A stretch of 64,000 nt of DNA from Thermoanaerobaculia bacterium. GTDB taxonomy: Bacteria > Acidobacteriota > Thermoanaerobaculia > Multivoradales > UBA5704. The notes below the pieces were generated by a model, which did no database searches, was not told the origin of the DNA, and saw only the letters and a list, made by a program, of their open reading frames with translations. The stretch spans positions 23,978-87,977 of the forward strand of contig JBGAGQ010000017.1 in the NCBI GenBank assembly GCA_044226625.1, in the 5' to 3' direction. Of the stretch, positions 46,135 through 58,100 are shown piece by piece. Both the position numbers and the translations under genes were made by a program. Each line of letters starts with the position of its first letter. Position 1 is the stretch's first letter.

Positions 46135-49100
46135 GTGCCGCCGCCCCTCGATCCACCGACCGCTGAGCGGCGGGAGCTTCCCACGGAACCGCCTCTTCGG
46201 GCGCCGATGGCGCTCGGCCAAGAGGCGCTCTGGTTCCTCTCGAAGCTCGCTCCGGACTCCCGCGCCTACCATCTCTGCGGTGCCGCCCGGCTCGTCGAGC
46301 CCCTCGCTCCGGGCCTTCCCGAGTCGCTCCGGCACGCGTTCTCAGAGCTCTCCGCGCGACATCCGGCTCTCCGCACGACGTTCGGCGAAGGCGAGGACGG
46401 GCGTCCGGAACAGCGGATCGGTGAGGCCCCGGGCATCCCCTTTCGATTCGAGGTTGCCGCGGGAACTACGGAATCCGAAGCGCTCTTGGCGGCGCACCTC
46501 GATCTTCCGTTCGATCTCGGCCGCGGGCCCCTCGCGCGGGCCGGGCTGATCGCGAACGGCGACGAGGCGGTGCTCTGGCTTGCGGCGCACCACCTGGTCG
46601 CCGATTTCTGGTCGCTCGCGGTGATGCTCCGAGATCTCGGAGAGGTTCTCGCGGCCCAACGTGCGGACCTCGCTCCAGGGGATCCCGCGCCGGAACGTGA
46701 GGCCGAGGGTACTCCCGGGAAGCGCGGAGGCGGCGGTCCGCAGCTCACCTATGCGCAGTGGGCGCTCTGGCAACGGGACCGCGCGGAACGAGAGGAGGGG
46801 CGGCGCGAGCTGGAGGCCTGGCGCCGTCTTCTCGCGGGAGAGCTGCCGCCGCTGGAGCTGCCGACGGATCGGCCGCGGCGCCCCAGGGAGACCTGGGCAG
46901 GGGGGGCCGTCGACATCAGCTTGAGCGAGAAGGCGACGCGGGCGCTCGCGCAGATCGCGAGAGGCGGCAAGACGAACCTATTCGCCGCGATCGTGACGGC
47001 GTTTCAAGCGTTTCTCGGCCGCCTGTCCGGACAGGACGAGCTGATCGTGGGTACTCCGACCTCCGGACGGTTCGGCGCTCGGGTCGCCGACCAGGTCGGA
47101 TATTTCGTCAACCCGGTGCCGATCCGAGCCGATCTCTCGGGAGATCCCTCGATTCAGGGGTTGTTGGCGCGCCAGCGGTCGGTCGTCCAGGCCGCGCTCG
47201 CGCTGCAGGCTTTTCCATTTTCCCGATTGGCCGAAGAGATCCAGGCGGAGCGCCAGACCGGGCGCGCGCCACTCTTCGACGTCATGCTCGCCTATGAGAA
47301 AGCGCGCGGTGGAGAGGGCTTCTGGGGCTTCGCGCTCGGCTTGCCCGGAATGCGCGTCGACCTCGGCGGCCTGGCGCTCGAATCGCTGCGGGTCGAGCCG
47401 TCGGGTTCGCCGTTCGACCTCTCGCTCGCGGTTGCGGAGGTCGGCGGCGGCCTCGCCGGCTCGTTGCGCTACTCGGAGGAGCTGTTCGACCGGTCGACGA
47501 TCGAGCGCTGGTCGCGCTGGCTCATGCGTTGGCTCGAGTGGATCGCCGCGGCGCCTGCTCGGCGGTTGTCCGAGGTGCCCTATTTCTCGGCGGAGGAGAG
47601 TGCGGAGCTCTGGGCGGATCGAGGGCGCGAGGAAGGACCAGAGCCGCGGGAAAGGCGGATCCACGACTTCGTCGAGACGTGGGCGCGGGAGCGGCCGGCG
47701 GCGCCGGCTTTGGAGTCGGAGCATGAGCCGGGGCGGCGGTACACGTGGGCGGATTTGGACGCGCACACCGATCGGCTGGCGCGGCGGTTGGCGGGGTTGG
47801 GTGTCGGACCGGAGAAGGTGGTCGGAGTTTCGATAGAGCGCTCGGTCGATCGAGTGTTGGCGATGGTCGCGATCTGGAAGGCGGGCGGGTGCTATCTGCC
47901 GATCGATCCGGAGTTGCCGGTCGAGAGACGACGGCTGATGGTGGTGGATTCGGGGACGGTAGCGCTGGTCGGCCGGAGTGCCTACTGGGAGGACCTGACG
48001 TCGGGGTGGGAGGGGTGGCACGGGCGCGTAGCGCCGCTTCTTCTCAGGAAGGAGAGTGGGCTTCCAGAGACGGAGGACTTCGGACCGGAAGAGCTGCCTC
48101 GATCGGCGGTGGCGGAAAACCTTGCGTATCTGATTTATACGTCCGGGTCGACGGGGACTCCGAAGGGCGTGGGAATCAGCCATCGCCATGCCGTGGGGCA
48201 CTTTGCGGCGGCATCGCGGTTCTATCGAATGGATGGGACCGACCGGGTGGTGCAGTTCGCCTCCGCAAGCTTCGACGTTTCGATGGAGCAGGTGGGCGTC
48301 GCGTTGGCGAGTGGGGGCGAATTGGTGGTGCGCGGACCGGAACTGCCGAATCCGTTGGAGCTTTCGGCGTGGATGACGCGTTGGGGCATTACGAACGCGA
48401 ACCTTCCGACCGCCGTTTGGACGGAGTGGAGCCGGGCGGAAGATCCGCTGCCCGAGGGTTTGCGGGTGCTGGTCACGGGCGGCGAGGCGATGACCCCCGC
48501 GGCGGCGGAGCGGTTTCGGAAACGGATGGCGATGCGGCCGACGTCTCCCGTGGTCTTCAACGGCTACGGTCCGACGGAGACGGTGGTGACCGCCACCTGC
48601 TTCGACCTCAGAGGCGAGATTTCGGACGGCAGCGCCGTTTCGATCGGAATGCTGCTTCCGAGGCGGCATGGTGCGGTTGTCGATCGACGGGGCCATCTCC
48701 TTCCCCTGGGAATTCCGGGCGAGCTCGCTCTCGGCGGCCTGCTCGCGCGGGGGTATCTCGATCGGCCGGACCTCACGGCCGAGCGGTTCCGTCCCGACTT
48801 TCTGGCCGGGGCGCCGGTCGGAGGCCGCCTCTACCACACCGGCGACCGCGTCCGGCTTCGGCTCGACGGTACGCTCGATTACCTCGGCCGCATCGATCAA
48901 CAGATCAAGATCCGGGGCATCCGCATCGAACCGGGGGAGATCGAGGCCGCCATCGAAACGCACCCGGCGATCCGGGAGGCGATCGTCTTCGCCCGCGAGT
49001 CGTCGCTCGGTCTCCGGCTGATCGCCTGGGTTCGACGGGTAGAAGGAGCGACGGAGGACGAGGCGGCGCCCGCTGTGCTGCGCGCGTTCCTCAAAGATCG

Positions 49101-52100
49101 GCTCCCCGAGGCGATGGTGCCGGTGGCGTTCGTCGCGGTCGAAGAGTGGCCGATCGGAGCGAGCGGCAAGGTCGATCGGCGCGCGTTGCCGGAGCCGAGT
49201 TTCGCGAGCGGAGAGGCCGAGCGAATCGCGCCTCGGACGCCGCTCGAAGTCGAGATCGAAAGATTGTTCGCCGAGCTTCTCGGGTGCGCGGAGGTTGGCG
49301 CCGAAGAGGACTTCTTTGCGCTCGGTGGGCATTCGCTCCTGGTGACGCAGCTGGTTTCGCGGATTCGGCGGGGGTTTGGGGTGGAGTTGGGCCTTGCGGA
49401 GCTGTTTGCTGGGGCGACCGTCGCGGGGATTGCGGCGCGGGTGGCTTCGGAGAAGGAAAAGCGAAAGCTCATCGAGGGGAGTGAGGTCCAAGCGATCGAG
49501 AGGGTAGCGCGCGGGTCGGACGACGTGCCGCTGTCGTTTGCTCAGGAGCGGTTGTGGTTCGTCGATCGACTGGAGCCCGGACGGGCGACGTACAACGTCG
49601 GGTTTCGGTTGGTACTCGGAGGCGAGCTAAGGGTGCCCGCGTTGGAGGCGGCGCTCGCCACTGTGGTCGCACGGCACGAGCCGTTGCGAACGCGGTATGC
49701 GCAACCGGGGGACGTCGCCCGGCAGGAGGTCGATCCTCCTTCGGTGAGCTTTTCGCGCTGGCCGCTCGTCGATCTCGCGGCGGTGCTCGATGCGGGAAGA
49801 CCGGTCGAAGCGGCGCGCATCGGGCGAAACGAGGGTCGCCGACCGTTCGACCTCGCACGAGGTCCGGTGTGGCGCGCCGTGCTGGCCCGCCGCGGCCCGG
49901 CGCTCCATGACGCGATCTTCACCTTCCACCACATAGCGATCGACGGCTGGTCGCTCGCGGTTTTCTCGCGCGAGATCGCCGAGGTCTACTCGTCCTTCGT
50001 CGAGAAGCGCCCCGCACGTCTTCCTGAGCTGCCGATCACCTACGCGGACTGGGCGATCTGGCAGAGGCGCCACCTCTCGGGCGAGCGCTACGAGCGCGAG
50101 CTTTCCTGGAGGCGATCGCACCTCAAGGGCGCGCCGGAGGCGACCGAGCTTCCCGTCGATCGCCCGCGACCGGCCGTGCCGAAACGGAACGCTGCCCAGG
50201 TCCGCCGCACTCTGCCGTCTCAGTTGGCAAAGTCGATCGCCACCCGCGCGAACGCCGAAGCCTCGACTCCCTTCATGATGCTTTTCGCAGCCTGGGCAGG
50301 CCTCCTGAGCCGCCTAGGTTCGGGCACCGATCTCGTGATCGGAACCCCGATCGCGAACCGCAACCGCGCCGAGACGGAAGGCCTGATCGGGTTCTTCGTC
50401 AACTCGCTCGCGATCCGGGTAACCGCCGATCCCTCCGCGCCGTTACGGTCGTTGGTCTCCTCCGTGCGGGAGGCGTCGGTCGGAGCGTTCGCTCACCAGG
50501 ACTTCCCGTTCGAGAGATTGGTAGCGGAGCTCGGCGTCACGCGCGGAGGAAACGTCCCACCGATCTACCAGGTTTCGTTCGCATTCCAGAACCTCCCGGT
50601 GCCTGTGATGCTGCCAGGGCTGACGACGACGGTCGAAGAGCTGGACGGCGGCGCAGCGAAGCTCGATCTCGGGTTGGTGGTGACGCCGGTCGAAGATCGG
50701 CTGGAAGCGCAGTTGGAAGTGAACCTCGATCTGTTCGATCCAGCGACCGGAGCGCGGCTGCTGGCCGGGTTCGAGCGAATGGCCTGGGAGTTGACAGAGG
50801 CCCCGGAGCGGCTGCTCGCTGAAGCCGAGCTTCTGGGGCGGGCGGAGCGGCATCAACTGCTCTACGAATGGAATGAGGGCGGGGGACAGTTGCCCGGCCG
50901 GGTCATTCACGACTTCGTGCGGCGGTGGGCTCGCGAACGGCCGGACGCGTTGGCGTTGGAGTCGGAGCATGAGCCGGGGCGGCTGTACTCGTGGGCGGAG
51001 CTGGACACGCATACCGAACGTATGGCGCGGCGGTTGGTGGGGCTGGGTGTGGGCCCGGAGAGGGTCGTCGGGGTTTCGATCGAGCGGTCGGTCGATCGCG
51101 TATTGGGGATGGTGGCGATTTGGAAGGCGGGCGGTTGCTATCTGCCGATCGATCCGGAGTTGCCGGTCGAGAGACGACGGTTGTTGGTGGTGGATTCGGG
51201 GGCGGTGGCGGTCGTTGGCCGGAGTGCCTACTGGGAGGATCTGACGTCGGGGTGGGACGGGTGGCACGGTCGGGTGGCGCCGCTGCTTGTCAGTAAGGAG
51301 GGAGGGCTTCCGGAGGGGGAGGACTTCGGAGCGGAAGAGCGGGCTCGATGGGCGGTGGCGGAAAACCTTGCGTATCTGATCTATACGTCGGGGTCGACCG
51401 GGACTCCGAAGGGCGTGGGGATCAGCCATCGGCATGCGGTGGGACATTTCGTGGCCGCGTCTGGGTTCTATCGGATGGATGGGAGCGACCGGGTGGTGCA
51501 GTTCGCCTCCGCGAGCTTCGACGTTTCGATGGAGCAGGTGGGCGTCGCGTTGGCGAGTGGGGGCGCATTGGTCGTGCGCGGGCCTGAGATGCCGAATCCC
51601 TTGGAGCTTTCGGCTTGGATGACGCGGTGGGGCATCACGAACGCGAACCTTCCGACGGCTGTTTGGACCGAGTGGAGCCAGGCTGAGGATCCCCTGCCCG
51701 AGGGGTTGCGGGTGCTGGTGACGGGCGGCGAGGCGATGACCCCCGCGGCCGCGGAGCGATTCCGGAAACGGATGGCGATGCGGCCGACGTCTCCCGTGGT
51801 CTACAACGGCTATGGCCCGACGGAGACGGTGGTCACCGCCACCTGTTACGACCTCCGCTTTGGGCGCCTCTCGGAATCGGGCTCGGTTTCGATCGGCCGC
51901 CTCTTGCCGAGTCGCACGGGCTACGTGGTTGACGGGGAGGACCGGCTGGTACCGCTGGGCGGAATCGGCGAGCTGGTGCTGGGTGGTCTGCTCGCGCGAG
52001 GCTATCTCGATCGTCCAGACCTTACGGCCGAGCGATTCCGTCCCAATCCCTTCACTGACAAAGACGGCGAGAGGCTGTATCGAACCGGCGACCGCGTTCG

Positions 52101-55100
52101 GCAGCGGGGCGACGGTAGCTTCGACTATCTGGGCCGACTCGATCAGCAGATCAAGATCCGCGGTTTCCGGATCGAGCCGGGGGAGATCGAAGCGGCGCTC
52201 GAAGCGTATCCGCACATCAAAGAAGCGATCGTGCTGGCCCGCGACTCGGCCGCGACGGGCAAACGGTTGATCGCCTGGGTACGACGCGCCGGAGACGGCG
52301 CCAACCCTCACGCCACGTCCGACTCGCTGTCCTCCGAGCTGAGCTCATTCCTCAAGGGTCGATTGCCCGACTACATGGTGCCGATGGCGATCGTCGAGGT
52401 CGACGAGTGGCCGCTTTCGCCATCGGGCAAGATCGATCGGCGCGCTCTGCCCGATCCTGCGTTCCAAGAGACATTCGAGAAGATTGCACCGCGCACGCCG
52501 ACGGAAGAGATCGTCGCGGGGATGTTCGGGGAGCTTCTCGGCGCCTCCGACGTCGGGGCCGAGGCCGATTTCTTCGCCCTCGGTGGCCACTCGCTGCTCG
52601 CGACGCAGTTGGCGTCCCGCATCCGAAAGACGTTCGGCGTCGAGCTTCCCCTCGCAGAGCTTTTTTCGGGTTCGACGGTCGCGCAAATCGCCGAGCGGAT
52701 CGAGGCGGCCTCGGGCGCGGCTCCGGCGCCGGCGATCGTTCGTGCGGCCGACGCCGAACGGGAGGGTGTTCTCTCCTTCGCCGAGGAGCGCCTTTGGTTC
52801 CTGGACCGGTTGGCGCCGGGACGATCGACGTACAACGTCGGTTTCCGCCTCTCGCTCAGGGGGCCCCTGGTGCCGTCAGCGCTGCGCTCCGCGTTGGCCG
52901 GGGTGGTGAGCCGGCACGCTCCGCTTCGGAGCCGATTCGGGGAGCGAGAGGGAATTCCTTTCACGACGATCGGGCCCGCGGAGGCTATGGATGGCTTCCG
53001 CCTCCCGAAGATCGATCTTTCGGTTCTCGGGTCGAAACGGAAGAGAGAAGGCGCGCGGGTGGCCGCTGCGGAAGGGCGGCGTTCGTTCGATCTTTCGCGC
53101 GGGCCGGTTGTTCGCGCGACGCTCGTGCGCATCGACACGGAGCGCCACGATCTGCTGGTGGTCTTTCACCACATCGCAACGGACGGCTGGTCGCTCTCGG
53201 TCTTCTCGCGCGAGGTGGCCGAGCTGTATGCCGCCGCGGTCGAAGGACGCCTGGCGGTGCTCCCGCCGTTGTCGATCGAGTACGCCGACTGGGCGGTCTG
53301 GCAGCGCGCGTGGCTCTCGGGTAAGAAGTATGCCGGGGAGCTCTCGTGGTGGCGAAGCCGGCTCGAGGGCATGCCGGAGACGATCGACCTGCCGAGCGAT
53401 CGGCCGCGGCCTCGGGGTGAGGCGATGCATGCCGCCGAATGGGTACGCCGCGATCTCGGTAGCGACTTGGCCGCACGGATCGGCGCGCGGGCTCGTGCCT
53501 CGGGCTCGACGCCGTTCATGGTTTTGCTCGCGGCGTGGGCGGGTCTCCTTTCGCGGCTGGGGGCGGGTGGCGACGTTCCCGTCGGGGCGCCGATCGCGAA
53601 TCGCAACCGGTCTGAGATCGAAGGTCTGATCGGGTTCTTCGTCAACTCGTTGGTGATGAGGGTCCGGGCGGAGGCCGGCGCCACGCTCGGGATTCTCCTC
53701 GAAAACGCGCGGGAGACCGCGCTCGCGGCGTATGCCCATCAGGATTTCCCCTTCGATCGGCTGGTCGGCGACCGGGCGGGCGCGCGCGGAGGGGGAGCGC
53801 CGCCGATGTTCCAGACCTCGCTGGTCTTCCAGAACCTCCCCGAGACGGCGGAGCTGCCGGGGCTCTTGGCGACGATCGAACCGCTCGACGGTGGCGTCGC
53901 CAAGCTCGACCTGTCGTTGGTGATCACCCCACGCAGAGCGGAGGACGGTTCCGGCTTGTCCGCCCTCCTGGAGATCGATCTCGATGTGTTCGACCCCGCG
54001 ACGGGCGCGCGGCTTCTCGCCGGTTTCGAGCGTCTTTCGGAGCAAATGGCAAACCAACCCGATCGGCTTCTCGCCGAGGCGGAGCTGCTTGCCCTCGAGG
54101 AGCGGCATCAGCTGCTCGTCGAATGGAACGATGGCGCGGCGGGGTTTCGCGCCCCGGTGCTCTGCATCCACGACTTCGTACGGAAGTGGGCGCGGGAACG
54201 GCCCGACGGTTTGGCTCTCGAGTCCGTGCATGAGCCCGGGAGACGCTACACCTGGGCGGAGCTGGAGGCGCACACGGAACGGCTCTCCCGACGGCTCACG
54301 GCGCTCGGTGTGGGACCGGAGGGGGTGGTCGCCGTGTCGCTCCCCTGGTCGGTCGATCGCCTGCTTGCGATGGTTGCGATTTGGAAGGCGGGAGGCTGTT
54401 ATCTGCCGGTCGATCCGGAGCTACCCGTCGAGCGACGGAGGCTCCTTCTGATGGATTCCGCGGCGGTGGCGTTCGTCGGCCGCACGGCTTTCTGGAACGA
54501 GCTAATGGAGGAATGGGAACCGCGGGGCGCGGGTTTCGCGCCGCTCCTACTCGATGAAGCTAGCGGTTTGCCTCTGGAGTCTGGACCGGAGGGGAATTCG
54601 CGCGAGGCCGCGCCCCAGGGCCTGGCCTACCTGATCTACACGTCGGGTTCGACGGGAACGCCGAAGGGAGTTGCGGTCTCGCACGAGGACGCGGTGGGGC
54701 ATTTCGCTTCGGCCGCCGCGTTCTATCGCATGGATGCAAGCGAGCGGGTGATCCAGTTTGCCTCGGCGAGCTTCGACGTCTCGATGGAACAGGTGGGAAC
54801 GGCCCTCGCCTGCGGCGGCACGTTGGTCGTGCGCGGGCCGGAGCTGCCGCCCCCGCTCGATTTGACCGATTGGCTGGAGCGCCATCGGATCACGCATGCG
54901 AATTTGCCGACGGCGGTCTGGGCCGAGTGGAGCCGCGCGGACGGACCGCTGCCGCGGGATCTGCGGGTGCTGGTGACGGCGGGCGAGGTGATGTCGCCCC
55001 AGGCCGCGGAGCGCTTTCTCGTCCGGGCCGCGGAGAGCGATGTGCCGCCGAGGATCTTGAACGGCTACGGACCGACCGAGGCCGTGGTGATCGCGACCTG

Positions 55101-58100
55101 CCACGACATCGCGCAGGGCCGGCTGCCGGAGTCGGGCTCGGTCTCGATCGGCCGTAGCCTGCCCGGGCGCTCGGCGTTGGTGATCGATGGGTCCGGAACC
55201 ATCCAGCCCCTCGGCGGCCGCGGCGAGCTTGCGCTGGGAGGTTTTCTCGCACGGGGATATCTCGGACGTCCGGATCTCACCGCCGAGCGATTCCGCCCCG
55301 ATCCGTTCGGCGCGGACCGCGGGAGTCCGGGGGCTCGCCTCTACTGGACTGGAGACCGGGTCCGTATCGCCGGCTCGGGCGCGATCGATTTCTTCGGCCG
55401 CATCGACCAGCAGGTGAAGATCCGCGGCTTCCGCATCGAGCCGGGGGAGATCGAATCGGCGCTCGCCGACGCTCCAGGGGTCGGAGAGGCGATCGTCCTC
55501 GCGCGGGCGGGTGCGACGGGCGAGGCGCGGTTGCTCGCCTGGTATCGGCCGGCCTCGTCGAAGGAGGTTCCGGTCGATCCGACGGAGCTGCGGCGGTTCC
55601 TCGCGGCGCGGCTGCCCGACTACATGGTCCCGGCGGCGTTCGTCGCCGTCGAGGGGTGGCCGAAGAGCCCGAGCGGGAAGATCGACAAGAGGGCGCTGCC
55701 GGAGCCGGAGGTGGAGGCCGCGCGCTACGTCGCGCCGCGGACTCCGATCGAGCGGGGCCTCGCCGAGGCGTTCTCCGAGATGCTGGGGGTCGTGGAGGTC
55801 GGGGCGGACGACGACTTCTTCGCGCTCGGTGGGCACTCGCTGCTTGCGACGCGTCTGGTCTCGCGGATTCGGCGGGAGTTTGGGGTGGAGTTGGGCCTGG
55901 CGGAATTGTTCGCTGGCGCGACGGTCTCGGGGATTGCGGCGCGGGTGGCCGCGGAACGGGAAAAGCAAAAGCTCATTGAGGGGAGTGAGGTCGGAGCGAT
56001 CGAGCGTCGGGGGGGCGGCTCGGATGTGGTGCCGCTGTCGTTTGCTCAGGAACGATTGTGGTTCATCGATCGCTCGGAGCCCGGGCGGGCGACCTATAAC
56101 GTCGGGTTTCGACTGGTGCTCGGGGGCGAGCTGTGCGTACCCGCGTTGGAGACGGCGCTCGCTGCCCTGGTCGCTCGGCACGAGCCGCTGCGCACGCGGT
56201 ACGCGCAACCGGGAGATGTCGCTCGGCAGGAGATCGATCCACCTTCGCCGAGATTCTCAAGCCTTTCGCGTGTCGATCTTGAGGCGATCTCGAGGGTCAA
56301 TCGGTCCTTTTCCGTAGGGGCGGAGCTTGCCTCCGCCCGCGAGCATCGCAATCCAATGGCGGAGGCAAGCTCGGCCCCTACGTTGGGTGAGTTCGTCTCA
56401 TCCATTGCGTCGGTCGAGGCGGCGCGGATCGGCCGCCTGCTCGGGCGTCGACCGTTCGACCTCGGCCGTGGACCGGTGATGCGGGCGATATTGGTCCGGC
56501 GAGGGCCGGCGCTCCACGACGCGATCTTCACCTTCCACCACATTGCGATCGACGGCTGGTCGCTCGCGGTCTTCTCCCGCGAGATCGCCGAGGCCTATTC
56601 CTCCTTCGTCGACAATCGAACGGCACGACTTATCGATCTGCCGATCTCCTACGCGGACTGGGCGATCTGGCAGCGGCGCCAGCTCTCCGGCGAGCGCTAC
56701 GAGCGCGAGCTCGTCTGGTGGAGAACTCAACTCGAAGGCGCGCCGGAGGCGATCGAGCTTGCGGTCGATCGGCCCCGGCCCTCCTCTCCGAAGCGGCAAG
56801 CTGCGCAAGTTTGCCGCTCGCTGCCGCCGCAGCTGGCAACCTCGATCGCCGCCCGCGCGAACGCCGAAGCCTCGACCCCCTTCATGATGCTTTTGGCAGC
56901 CTGGGCAGGCCTCCTGAGCCGCCTGGGGGCGGGCCGTGACCTCGTGATCGGCACCCCGATCGCGAACCGCAACCGCGCGGAAACGGAAGGCCTGATCGGC
57001 TTCTTCGTCAATTCTCTCGCGATCCGGGTGACCGCCGATCCGACCGCGCCGATGAGGTCGCTCCTGTCCTCGGTTCGCGAAGCGTCGTTCGGGGCGTTCG
57101 CCCATCAGGACTTCCCCTTCGAGCGGTTGGTAGCGGAGCTCGGCGTTGCCCGAGGAGGAAATGTCCCGCCGATCTATCAGGTGTCGTTCGCGTTTCAGAA
57201 CCTCCCTGCTCCGGTGATGCTGCCGGGTCTGACGACAACGATCGAAGAGCTGGACGGCGGAACGGCGAAGCTCGATCTCGGGCTGGTGGTGACGCCCTTC
57301 GAGGACCGACTGGAAGCGCAGTTGGAGGTCAACCTCGATCTGTTCGATCCGGCCACCGGCGCGCGGTTGCTGGCCAAGTTCGAGCGGATGGCGCGGGAGT
57401 TGGCGGAGGCCCCGGAGAGGCCGTTGGCAGAAGCGGAGCTTCTGGGGCCGTTGGAGCGGCACCAACTGCTCTATGAATGGAATGAGGGCGGAGCGGAGTT
57501 GCCGGAACGGATCCTTCACGCCTTCCTGCGACGGTGGGCTCGCGAACGACCTACGGCGTCGGCGTTGGAGTCGGAACATGAGCCGGGACGGGTGTACTCG
57601 TGGTCGGAGTTGGATGCCCATACGGACCGATTGGCGCGGCGGCTGGCGGGGTTGGGCGTGGGGCCGGAGTGGGTGGTCGGGGTTTCGCTGGAACGGTCGG
57701 TCGATCGTGTGTTGGCGATGGTGGCGATTTGGAAAGCGGGTGGGTGCTATATGCCGATCGATCCCGAGCTTCCCGTCGAGAGACGACGGTTGTTGGTGGC
57801 AGATTCGGGAGCGGTGGCGGTAGTGACTCGCGTTGCCTTCTGGGGGGACCTTACGTCGGATTGGGAGGGGTGGCACGGACGGGTGGCGCCGCTTCTCCTC
57901 GGTAAAGAGGATGGCCTTCCGGAGGGCGGGTACTTCGGGCCGGAAGAGAGTCCTCGATCGGCGCTGGCGGAAAACCTTGCGTATCTGATCTATACGTCGG
58001 GTTCGACGGGGATGCCGAAGGGCGTGGGCGTGAGCCACCGAGCCGCGGCGGGGCATTTTGCGGCGGCGAAGGCTTTTTACGGACTGGGGGATAGGGACCG

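Noticed and set aside
46978-49491. 837-aa minus-strand ORF, and similar ones at 50443..52311, 52876..54273, 54547..56208, 56398..58284 and 61018..62082
   Set aside because: All are antisense to the NRPS frame, which carries every core motif. Their translations are Arg/Pro/His-rich junk, and their recurrence simply mirrors the module repeats.
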